A stretch of DNA of 64,000 nt, taken from Diadema antillarum (taxonomy: Eukaryota). The position numbers and the translations under genes were made by a program. The stretch spans positions 1,364,001-1,428,000 of the forward strand of contig NW_027271081.1 of the NCBI RefSeq assembly GCF_040938485.1. The letters run 5' to 3'. Below the pieces are notes generated by a model that did no database searches, was not told the origin of the DNA, and worked only from the letters and a program-made list of their open reading frames with translations. Of the stretch, positions 1 to 11,700 are shown piece after piece; the stretch's first letter is position 1, and each line of letters starts with the position of its first letter.

Positions 1-57
1 ACGTAGCGCGAAATCCGCGAAAATTAATGTACCGCGAAAATTTCCACGTTTACAGTA
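1..57. mobile_element. Right end of a Tc1/mariner-pogo-like MITE, cut by the window edge
   Basis: Ends in ...CGCGAAAATTTCCACGTTTACAGTA (reverse complement TACTGTAAACGTGGAAATTTTCGCG), with repeated CGCGAAA and a terminal TA. Confidence 0.4.
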
Positions 58-132
58 TTCTTTTTTTGCCATTGTCTACCTTTTGTTTGGGAATTACTCC
101 AGTAGAGTTGTAATTCATAACCAGGAACTACC

Positions 133-523
133 TTAAAGGGACTGTACAGTACTGGTTGAGGTGGGGATTCATGTTTTGAACATTCATAAGTGAGATAATG
201 AGAAACCTCTTATGAAATATGAAGGAGCATGTAATTTTAAGAAGGATTCAACGTTTATTTGATGAAAATTGGTTTTCAAATGGGTGAGATATCCAAAAAA
301 GTGATAATAATAAAAGACTACATGCCCCAACTTTATTAGGATCTCTTTGTTTCACCTTGTTTTTATATATCTCGGCCACTTCAAAACCGATTTTCATCAA
401 ATAAATTTTTGATATCCCTTAGAATTGCATGCTTTGTGACATCTCATAGAGTGGTTTCTGAATATCTTGCAAAATGTTAAAAGCTAAATCCTCACATCGA
501 CCACAACTGTACACACCCTTTAA
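133..523. mobile_element. Non-autonomous Kolobok-like DNA element, copy 1
   Basis: TTAA (133-136), then AGGGACTGTACAG...CTGTACACACCCT, then TTAA (520-523). Near-identical copies lie at 12669-13065 (inverted) and 19563-19954. A TTAA target with AG...CT ends fits Kolobok. Confidence 0.7.
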
Positions 524-677
524 AATCTCACCTGCTGCAAGTTCTACTGCCACTAACAGCACTCAGAATCCTGTATTGGCATTGGACATCCCAAGTTTCT
601 CAGGGTAAAGAGATCAATTAGAACCTAGAAAGGAAAGTGCACACTGGTGCTTGTATCCATGGCAACCAGCCACTCAC

Positions 678-3600
678 CACTCGGGTGGCTTGCCTGGCGA
701 TGCGGTAGGCCACCCAGGGTCGGCTCTCAGTCAGCCTCACCACACTGTCCTCTGTGAAGGTCTGTTTGGAAGTCTTCTCTTCAATCAGAAGCAGAACAGC
801 CAAAGCAACCTGACGAAAACGAAGAAAAAAAGGAACTCCCCAAAATCAGATCTTTGAAACATTGATGCTCTCATACTGGCAAAGTTTCTTGCAACCCTCC
901 CCCTCCTCCTTCCTCTCCCCATCCCCCTTAAATAAAAGTGATCTTTGACAACAATGACTAAATCTTATTTATTCCTTTACATGCTAGTACAGTTTACTGA
1001 CAAACACTGCAGTGAAGTACAGCCTAGATACGTCCAGTGAAAAAGTAATTGACCAATCATTGGAGAAATCATGGATCTGACCCCATCTTCAATTTGCTTG
1101 ATTGCGTCTGTTTCATTTTTTGTTTTTTCCATCATAACCTCATGTGTGAAACCCAAATATGTTTCCTCAGCATAGACTACACTTTGTAGACATAACAAGT
1201 GTAATATTACATTACATTTACTTTTGCTTAACCCATTGAGGATGGACTGATTTTGCTATAACACATATTTCCTATAGACACCTGCCCGAGTATTCTAGGG
1301 ACTCGTCTTCAATGGGTTAAATATCAGGACTATTGTGGAAACAAATCAAAGGCCTCCTCACCAGGTACCCTCCCTGGTCTTCTTTCACCCCACTCTGCTC
1401 CTTTCCCAGGACCTCTTGGAACTGTTCTTGGAGAATCCCCCTGTGGGCTGCCAGGACGTTGTGCTGGAGTTCAGCCAGGCTGGCCAGGCAGTGACACATC
1501 AGGATTGCACTCTCTTTGTCTGGTTTGCAGTGGAAGACCAAAACAACAACATGTACAATGATCTCTGCATGGGATATCAACAGTATGCTGTAAATTCTCT
1601 CAAGAATCCCAACATACGCTGTCTTCACTTCTGAGCAAAAAATATACTTTCTCCTTTATCGTGAATGTGACCTGTTTCTGAAAGTTTGGCAAAGGTATCC
1701 TGTGCAGTGTATAATTGGGATTTTTTTTCCAAGCATCTTCTTTTTGATACTGTGAAAGTTGTGTTTATACTTATATGTTTGCACTGAGGTTCAGCCATCA
1801 GCTGAAAAAGCTCCATCTCTTACATCACTGAAAGGGAAAAAAAAAAACTCAACTGAGACAAAGTGACTCCAGTCAAGTAAAATGCAGACATGATATCAGT
1901 TTTTGATGGTGATTTTAAGGGCTTTACATCATCTTGTTCCAGCATCTTCAACTTAATAAACTCACCTGGAGCAAGGGATAGGTTGCTAGCCAACATCTCC
2001 ACAAAGTCAGCTGTCTGGGATGGGTAAGTCTTACAGAGGCAGTGTACACTTTCTAACGTTATCTGCATCAAGGGTAGCACACAAACAGAACAACCAAAAA
2101 TGAAGGTGGCAAGATTTGCAAAGGGCAACAATACACTGGTTACGTCTATCTCCCTCTATCAGGCTTCCAAAGGGAGACAACAGAAAGAGAGGATGTTAAT
2201 TAAAAGCATATAATGAAAATGTTCCTATCCTGACTAGCAAGTCTGCTGATCGAAGGATCACTTTGCATACCAAATGCTCTTATTACTACTTACCTTGGCA
2301 CATCCTGAGTTAAATTGTCAAGAATGTATACCTATAGATAGTTGTTCTCATTATCATTATTACTATTTCTATTTTGCTGGTACATAATTTCACTCTCTTG
2401 ACTACAGAAAATAAACATTTGTTGCAATATATGACTACATGGCATCCCCCTGTACACACTCACTTTCAGACTTTTGAGTGCAGACTTCAAGCTTTCCATC
2501 AGGCACTGTGAAGCAATGGTTTCCATGGCAATGCTGGCATCATTAACATCATCCATGACTTTCTCCTCTTCCGCTCCTCCCTGGCGGCACAGGAGGCGCG
2601 AGAGAACCTGCACAGCACGTGACGACACGCAGACCTCCCAGTGATGAAGGAGATTCTTGCACAAAGTCTTCACAGAACCATCTAGACAAGACAAGGAAGT
2701 CAGTGATTGGAAAGATCACACAGAACACCTGACATCTGCATACTGATATTCATAGAAATGTGGAAAGGAAATACGGAAACATTTTCCCATTATTGGGGGA
2801 ATTTCCCTCAATGAGAGCATAAATTGCATAAAAAGTAGGAAACTCTTAGAAGGGCAAAATATTGAATGAAATCAGTAAGTACACTTCAGCACCTTTTAAG
2901 CATTCACTTGCCAATGTTATGTCACAATCCATCTTGTGGGGGCATAAAAACCCCCAAAACCTTGATAACAAACTGGTAAGCTCCTTTGTGAACCATTCTT
3001 CATTTGTGCAACAAACAAGCAGCCCAAAGACATACTATAAAGAACATTCATGAAATTCCTGAAATCTCTGTATAATAAAGGAATGTTTTTGAAAACAATG
3101 CCCCAAATTTATATCATCATAAGAATCAAGTAAATGCATCTTTCAGGTAATCCTCTATTTGGTTTCATCACTCTCATACAAAGTCACGTTTTCTTTGAAG
3201 GAGATTCATTTTATTCAGTACATTCTAAAACAAAGTTTACACAGAACAAACAAAGGATGAGATGCACCAAGATGCAAGAGGAAAAAAAAACCATAGAGAT
3301 ACAAAATGGGACATAATGGAACACATACTTACACTATATACATTCAAGAACACACCAAAATTTGTTTCTCACCTGCATCAGACGTGAGGAATGCAGGGGA
3401 TGATGACAGAATGCGGAGTACATCCAAGCAGCCAACAACCAGTCGCCTCTCCCTGTCCCCACCACAAAAGAGGCAGAGAGTGTCTACATTCGCTTGTGAC
3501 CAGGCGTGGGGTGCTCGGCGGGCCAGGGTCCACAGCTTGACGATGCATGTGGACTTGATGGAGTGTCGGATATCATTCTCCATGTAGCTCAGCAACAGGT

Positions 3601-6600
3601 CAACCTTACACATGAGAACAAAATGAGTGTTACCATTGGTGTAATGTATTGCAAGCCTCTTTGAGAAAGCAATCCATCAGGCCTACGAGCATCGATGTTG
3701 ATGAAATGAAAGCATGACATGCCTAATTCATGTGGTATGAAAGAACCTTTGACTCTCACAGGCATAAGTAATTAAATCAAGGCCTTGTTTTTCTGAAACA
3801 GGACTAGACATCTGATACTTCTACTAAAGAAAGCCCTGCTGTAAAAAAACACACAAAAAAACAGTACTCTATACTGAAAACTGCCAGATTGAAGACAGAG
3901 GTCAAAGTCTTAATATAGCCTCTGGCCTTCCCCTGTAAGTACTCATTATATATCTCAATGTAGACTTTCAGTCTATTAAAATCTGGTTCCTAAAATATAG
4001 ATCTCTTAAAATTACTTACGATCCAGCAACCCATGAAAGGTTTTTCGGACACACAATGCTTGTAATTTGCTGTATGATAATGCAACTTGCAATGTGTTTT
4101 CCGTATCACTGCTTGAATGTATCAAAATTATAGTAGCATAAGAGAACAGTCCCTTGGTTTGGTCATGTGCAGATTTACCTGGTCAGGAATGTGAATGTGG
4201 GAGGCAGCGGCCAGGTCGGTGAGCGTGTCCAGGGTGATGGTGAGAAAGCTCTCTGATGGGTAGGACTCCAGGAGACGTAAGCACATGTGGCGCACGCTCC
4301 CTGACAGCGCACTGTCATAGTGCATGTGGCTAAAGATGGGGATCAGCTTCATCTTGATATCAATAGGCGTGGCCAGTCCTAGAGACAGAGTCATACATCT
4401 CATATAATATTCTGGTAGTGGGCTATTGTGATGACATACCAACAAGGCCTGGTAAAATTGATCTATACTTTTAAGTTGCAACATCAGGGAAAACATTTTT
4501 TTTTTTTTTTTTTTTTTTGGGGGGGGGGGGGGACAATATTGGGGACTTCCCCTATAATGGGAAATGAATTTGTGGTCATATATTACAACAAAATTCTGCT
4601 TTCAGAACAAAATTTTACTTTGTATGAACAGTGCACTTCATAATATCAGAGAAATAATGCTAACTTCACGATATGCTGGATCGACAAGAGGGAAACTTTA
4701 AATGTACACGTACGCATCTCTGCTACAAGATTTGCTCTTTTGATTTGTCAGGGGTTCATGCAGTGTGTAACCAGCTCAAACCAACCTTCTATGAGCTCAA
4801 CCAACTTGTTGCTAATGCCAGTAGCAAATGTCTTGGACTCAGCAGCAAAGCAGGAAGCAGCAAAGATAGCTGCCTCTAACTCCACCTGGTCATGAGAGTC
4901 GAGGCCGGCGTGGATACTGTGATGGACTCGCTTTCGCTCTGCTATTATCGGAGCAATGCTTCCCAATACTCTATTGAGAGAAAGAAAGAAAAGCTGCCAC
5001 ATCATCTAATGATACTCCATTCATTCATGATTTTTTACAGATAAACTGACAGGAAATTCGGTGTACCAAACAAATATGTACATAAGAAAGGACAAGAATG
5101 TAATGGGGTTTTGTACAGTGTGTCCTAAAAATTAGCACTGAGTATTCTACGCTTATATACACACAAACATGCACAAATGTTGATAAGACCGTCAAAAACA
5201 CTCCAATCAGCAGAACTGTCACTATGTTAGTGGATATGACTGAATCTGGATTTATTAATGATGAAAGGCACATACAATGCCTATATGGACAGATATAATG
5301 ACACATACACAAATACATTCATATAAACATGAAAAATATTACACTAGTATATTAAAGCAGTAATTCACACAAGTGTTCTTTTATCAAATTGAAAATGCAT
5401 TCTGCACCAACCACATCTGTGCTCTACACAGATTATCTGTCACCTGTCCTGCAGTGGACTATAAAAATACATTTCATAATGCAAATACCTCTACAACAAT
5501 AACACACATGTCACAACCTATTAGAGGACAAGTCAACCTTAATAGACATGTGGATTGAGTGAATGCAGCAAAATTAGTAGAATACAGCAGTGACAGTTTG
5601 AGGAAAATCAGACAATCCGTTCAAAAGTTATGAATTTTTGAAGTTTCTGCTCTCTCACTGCTGGATGAGAAGACTTCTACAGCTTGTGATGTCACATGTG
5701 TATGACATAAAGAAAATATAAAGAAAATTCAACATATTTCCACTTTTCTCACATGATGAAAGAATACTTGACTTGCCTCTTCCAGACGGCAGGAGGAATA
5801 ATATTATCCTTAGTCATATGTCAGTGACAAGTCGAGGAAATGTGCACTCTTTTCAAAAAGTACATTTTTGTGAGATTCTCTTTATACAAGTAGTGTATTT
5901 ACCTTATATTGTTCTATTAGATGCATGTGACATCATACACCATAGTAGTCTTCTCATCCAGCAGTGACTGTGCAGAAAATTCAAAAATTCATAACTTTTG
6001 GACGGATTGTCTGATTTTCCTCAAACTCTCACTGATGTGTTCTACTAATATTGCTGCATTCACTAAATCTAAATGTATATGAAGGTGGGCTTGTCTTTTA
6101 AACACTGCTGTGTCCATATAGTCCAGTTATACATAATTTTAACCACCCATGCATGTAGGTGACTGGACCCACCTCAAGGTTATGGCCCGAGCAACGGGGT
6201 CATTGCTGTGGATGACAAAGAAGATTCGCCTGACAAACTCATCCACATTAAGAATCTTGTCCAGATGTTTGACACTCTGCTGGGAGACCTTTAGCACACA
6301 CTGACGCAAAAAGTTGTTGCTACAAAGAAGCGAACAAATAAAAAACACCAATGTGAATTTAGTCTTACGTTTGTTGTTCGAGCAAAACAATTTCTGAAAC
6401 AAGAGATCTACAAAAGATATCATCAGCTTTTTGTCATGCATCGATCTCAAGGAACCTCAGTTGTAGCCCAGATATTCTATGTGTTCATGTTACAATTTAA
6501 TCATACAAATTACAATAACAGCTTTTCAACATTGGTTTACTTTTATTGGGACTGCAATGAATAAGTTTTTTTTTTCTTTTTTTAAACCTTGCAGTACACA

Positions 6601-8272
6601 CAGAACGTATCACTTTCTTTCTAAATTAGACATTTTTTTGGCTTTTTTCTACTCTTTCTTCTTTTTTTTAAAACTCTGTTTACTGCACATTGACATTGCT
6701 TATTGTTTGTGCATTATTCTCTCCATAATGAATTGGCTCTACTAGTAATCAAGTATACAGAACTCCCAAGATGACTGAGGAAATGCCGTGTATTTTGATA
6801 ATCTTTATAAATATGAAATTGATATTTCAGAACTAGCTTTCTCTATTAAACTCACATTCACTAATAGTAATACAGTAAATCGACTTGGTCATATTGGTTG
6901 ATTTTAGTTCATGACAACACAAGGACAACAGAAAATTTTGAAGTAGAACATCTGGAGATTTGAAAAGTATAAAAGTCCCCCCAAAAGCAAGAATAGTTTA
7001 AATAAATTGTGCATATTTCTAGATCTATTTAATACATAACCTGAAAAGATGCACTGGATTGAAAAACAAAACAAAACAACAGAAGGTCTTGAAACTATAC
7101 AAACATACCCATCTCTGAAAACATCAGCCAGTTTGAGAAAAGCTGAGTTGATGAGAATTGGAAATGGATACTTTTCAAATAGTCGTGGGAACCGTACGAT
7201 GGCTTCACACTGTTCCCCTGCTTTGCTTGAGTGGAGACCTAAATGTGAGATAGAGGCAAGTCATACTCATAAATCTAAAGCAGTCCAGAAAAAGACATGT
7301 CATTGGCATCAACACTGCTTTAAAAACTGTACAATGTGAACAAAGCAGATATTTTTCAATCAATTGCTACAATTAAGACACACCATGTTATATCACAGGA
7401 TATGATAACAAAAACAAATGTGATCTCAGGGATCTCCTTCAGTCACTTCACCAAATAGATCTACAGACGACAGTAATACTACTAGTACTAGAACTAGTAG
7501 TATTTAGTACCATATAGTAGTAATGCGTTGGGCAGAGTGCCCTCATCTGGCAACTGAGTGAGTGGTCTAGAATCTACTATATGACACATAACCCCAGGGC
7601 GTGCTCCTTGTGCACAGTTATCGAACGCTTTGCGTTCGAAGGGCTGGTCGTAGTTACATGACTCACTAACCCCGAGGCGCTCCTTCTCCTTGTAACTTAA
7701 TTAGACTACTTACACTCCTTTTCCCCTGAAAAAAAAAAAAAAAAAACTGCTTGAAATTTAAAGTGAATTTAGATAAGTTAGTGTGTCGTTATATTGACAG
7801 TCTACCAAAGCACAAAGGCGTAAACATGTCACGTTAAACCTTTGTTGACAGATAAATTTATGCGTCTTTTTTTTTTTTAAGCAACAAACCACCACCAGTG
7901 GCACCACACCACCCGATAGATCTCTATTAGTCTAGAACTATGTAGTATGTCATGACATTGTATTAATGAAATGGACTGGAAAATAAGGTTAAAATACACT
8001 CTGCTCAGCAGACTCAAGAGTTCACGACACTGGTCCAGTGGTGAAAACTGTAAAATAGATTTTGTCTAAAAGTGTGATTTTATGTTAGACCTAACGATAG
8101 CTTTATTAAAGTTTACTCAAATGTTTTTAGCTTAGCAGTTAGGACTTTAGGAGTCAACAAGCGAAGACTCACCCTTGTCAAGTTCCAAAAGCGCCGAGTT
8201 TGCGTCATGTTCCTGTTCACCGTAGCCTACATCAGAACCAAAGCTTGTAATTCGTGATGTTGTGCTTGCCAT
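678..8272 (-). CDS. INTS7: Integrator complex subunit 7, 5' part (10 exons; gene continues past the left edge)
   Basis: Exons 8272-8173, 7238-7109, 6319-6173, 4970-4786, 4378-4179, 3604-3373, 2681-2464, 2062-1966, 1519-1362, 809-678, all GT-AG and phase-consistent. The translation MASTTSRITSFGSDVGYGEQEHDANSALLELDKG...EQCEAIVRFPRLFEKYPFPILINSAFLKLADVFR...SNDPVARAITLR...AYRIARQATR matches vertebrate INTS7. Confidence 0.96.
1228..1320. mobile_element. 85-bp piggyBac-like MITE
   Basis: TTAA-CCCATTGAGGA...TCTTCAATGGG-TTAA. An inverted copy of the same length lies at 19478-19562. Confidence 0.65.
5521..6101. mobile_element. Kolobok-like MITE with long TIRs (about 170-180 bp)
   Basis: The left arm AGGACAAGTC...GAGGAAAATCAGACAATCCGTTCAAAAGTTATGAATTTTTGAA...CTGCTGGATGAGAAGACT is inverted at 5920-6097. 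Flanks are TTAG and TTAA. Confidence 0.65.
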
Positions 8273-8724
8273 TTCTGTTTTCTGTTGATAGAGCCAAATA
8301 AATTCGGCTTGAAATTACAAATCAACTTTACATCAAGTCAGGGGTTGGTTTTTCCGTGTACGTGTGTGTGTGCTTTCCACACGCTGCGGTCCCAGGTTGT
8401 ACTTCCTGTATGTCAAAAATAGAATTTTGGCAGACGTTCTATTGACGAGCCATAATATCAGGTGTAGCGTTCTTCGGGCAGAGCCAATGCACATGAGAAA
8501 TAATTATAGAAAACGTCTGGTAAAACGACTAAATCATTGAGCCCGCGCCAAACAAGGGACGCGTCTTCTTTAAAACCCCGTTCGTGCCGTGCAAAAGCGT
8601 GCTTGCGTACTTCACTGTTGCCCCGACGCTGCCCCACCGGCCGGATCGTCGATGTGTCCCGCTTGATCCTTGAAAGACTAACGCGTGGAATGGTGTGCCA
8701 ACTCGATTTTGATTAAAGTGCTTC
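8273..8724. promoter_or_regulatory. Bidirectional promoter region shared by INTS7 and DTL
   Basis: 452 bp between divergent ATGs, CpG-rich. An E2F-type site GCCCGCGCCAAA (TTTGGCGC on the minus strand) lies at 8541-8552 and a CCAAT box at 8484-8488. Confidence 0.7.
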
Positions 8725-11700
8725 ATGGGACTAAATCTTCTGAAGCAACAGTTCGCAATGTTTCCTTCAGTCTTCCTGCCAGGAGTCACACATGGAAGTC
8801 CAGTGACGTCCTCCTACACCTGGCGATGGAAAAGCCAGCAGTCAAGAAGAATCCGTGAGTCGAACATGCTAACGAGTAACGTGTCAGAGACAGAGTGCAC
8901 AAAAGACTTGTCTGACTTACTCTTAATTATATTTTACTGGTAAATCATCTGTGAAAATGTACATCTTGACTGGCGTTTAGCCAGTGATTCAGTTATTATT
9001 CTCAGCATTGTTTAGTGCTGGCAGGTCTAACGGTTAGTAATATCTATAAGTATTATTAGTGGAAAATTTAGCAAAGAAAATGGGATTCCATCGGGATTCG
9101 AACCCGAGACCTCCGGATTGCTAGCCCGTTGCTCTACCGAGGCCGACTGAACTATAGAAAGCCCTAGTTCAGTGTTTATCCCAGAAACCCTAAATTCTCA
9201 ATTCTCGAATGGTCAGAAGCTATGTGTGTTTGTGTGTGACACACACGTACACACTTGAACCTGGCACAAAACCCAAAGGATAATTCAACTTGGGGATAAA
9301 TGTGATCGACGGATCACCGAAGTGATGCATATATGCAGCTTTTTGAGTATGTAACAAGCAAAAACAGGAAAAACTGACTAGAAATTAGTAATATCAGTAC
9401 TGGTAGAGTATGGGCTGGGACTAGCATAGGGATTTTGGAGCGCAGAATGTAATTTCATAAAGTTAAATGGTTGCATCCAGGCAGATTTCATGAGACTATT
9501 TAAATTAACGTGAACCCGCTCCCCAAAAAGCCTGTGATAACTGATGTGTAAGTAATGCTGTAATTTGAAAAAGAAAAAGAAGATATCGTGTACCACAAGA
9601 ATTTCTATAGATCTACTAAATGCCATGTTTTATTGTTTATGGCCAACTTTGCGGTTCTCATGAGGTCAATCAATTGTGGTAGTTTCTACTATAACATATA
9701 ACGTTAAACTTTTAACAGTGTACACTTCCGTTCAAGGGCAAGTCCAAGATAATGCGCGCGTTACGTATGGGACATTCAGAGACTTTTATGACCTGAAAAA
9801 TAGTGTTAATAGCCTTTGATCATATTGAACTTCATCATGGTGATTGATATCTAGGAGAAGTATAAACATGTAAAAGATTGAGAAAAATGACCTTGACAAT
9901 TATATTCTAGAAGAGAAAATATGTGCCGTTACGTATGGGACCAGAAAACTTTTGTTTTTTTTAACATTTTTTTCAACCTCAAAACTCTCTGAAAGTATTT
10001 CATTCTACAACTTGTAACTCACTGTGATGAAAGTCACAACACTCAAGATTATCACAGGTAAGTTTCATGTCATTAGGCAAAAAGCTCTAATTACAGGTTC
10101 TAATGAAAGACAGACATGACGTGTTATGTATGGGACAGTTACGTATGGGACAGTTTGTCCCCCATTCATTTAGTGTGTGAAGAACCATTTTTATGGGTAT
10201 TTTGCATAATTATTGTAGTAAAATCAGTTTAAACTACTCAAATACTGATCCAGATTGTCAAGGAAACATCATTCCCCAAATATTCACCATCATAATCATA
10301 TTCAATCATATTTTTATATTTTTATGACCAACCTGAGTATGCATGCCCTTTGTCCCCCATTCGTTTAGTGTGTGGAGAACCAAGTTTATATGGGTATTTT
10401 GCAAAATAATTTTGCAAAATACCCATAAACAAATTTTTGCATAATCATTGAGGTAGAATCAGTTGAAATTACTCAAATGCTGTTCCAGATTGACAAGGGA
10501 ACAATATTCCCCATATATTTACCATCATAATCATAATTAATCATATTCTATATTTTTTTATGACCAACTTGAGTATATATGCCCTATTTTTATCAGGATA
10601 GTTACTAACGCACTGAAAAATTGAATAGTTTAAAGTGTTTACTTCCATTGATGAAGGGCAGCTTGCCATTTAGTTTCAATAAAAAATGACTTGACACAAG
10701 AAATATTAATTTTAATAAATACATGTAAGCAATACCTGCTGTGTGGAACCCCAGTGATGGAGTAGATATATGATGTCTGTCTAGCAGTCAGGTCATTGAT
10801 TCGAGTCACAACTCAGTATGTATACCCTTGAATTTTGTCGTGGCTACTATTGAAACTGAATAAGGACAATTTGTGTATCACTTGCAATAAAAAGGAATCA
10901 TTTTACTTTATATATTTTTTTTTATATATCACAAACATTTCAAATTGGATCTCTGTCACATAAACTTTGAATTCCTCTAGTCTTAGGATTGTATGCTCTT
11001 TAGTAATTCATATTTAATTGGTTTCCAATCATCTCATTAAATGTTGAAAACTGAATCCCCATTTCTACAAAAACTATACCATCCCTTTAATGCTGATTTT
11101 TCATTTTGTATTTTGCCATTTTCCCCTCCCCCTTTCTGAAAATTGTTCAGTCAAGTGCATGCATTGTTTCAAGTGTCTTAAACTCAAAAAGTAGCAACAA
11201 TGTTGGGATGCTTTCTTCAGGATGATTTACCATTTGTGTACTGAGAGACCTTCCCAGCTAGCTACATGCATTCACATGCAATATGTATGAGGATGTCCCA
11301 TACATAACGCATTTGTCCCATACGTAACATTATTTCAATGCCTAATAGAATATATTTCTTTTACTGTTTTTTCTTTTTTCTATGGTATTTAATTTCTCTA
11401 AACAATAAATTAGAACTTTCCAAAAGGGCATTAAAATATCCTTAGCAATTTCAGAAAAAACCTAAAAAAATGACCTCAATTTGTTACGTATGGGACATCT
11501 CATGATAGGACACGAGCTAATTTGCATAATCATTTGCATAATCCCTAAATTTTTATACCAAGTTAAACTATTTGATGAACTTCTTATGTCCACATATTAA
11601 TCAAATATCATTTGCTTTCCTTTGAATTAATATGAATTTCTATAAATGTCCCATACGTAACGCTGTGTTTCACATTTATGCAAATGAAGCCCTTGAAATT

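Noticed and set aside
1335-4879. Plus-strand ORFs over INTS7, and similar ORFs at 13252-13509, 20025-20384, 43726-43974 and 44185-44424
   Set aside because: They are antisense shadows of real exons.
9081-9164. Functional tRNA-Ala gene
   Set aside because: Extra bases in the D arm and after the acceptor stem, plus stem mismatches, make a canonical cloverleaf unlikely.
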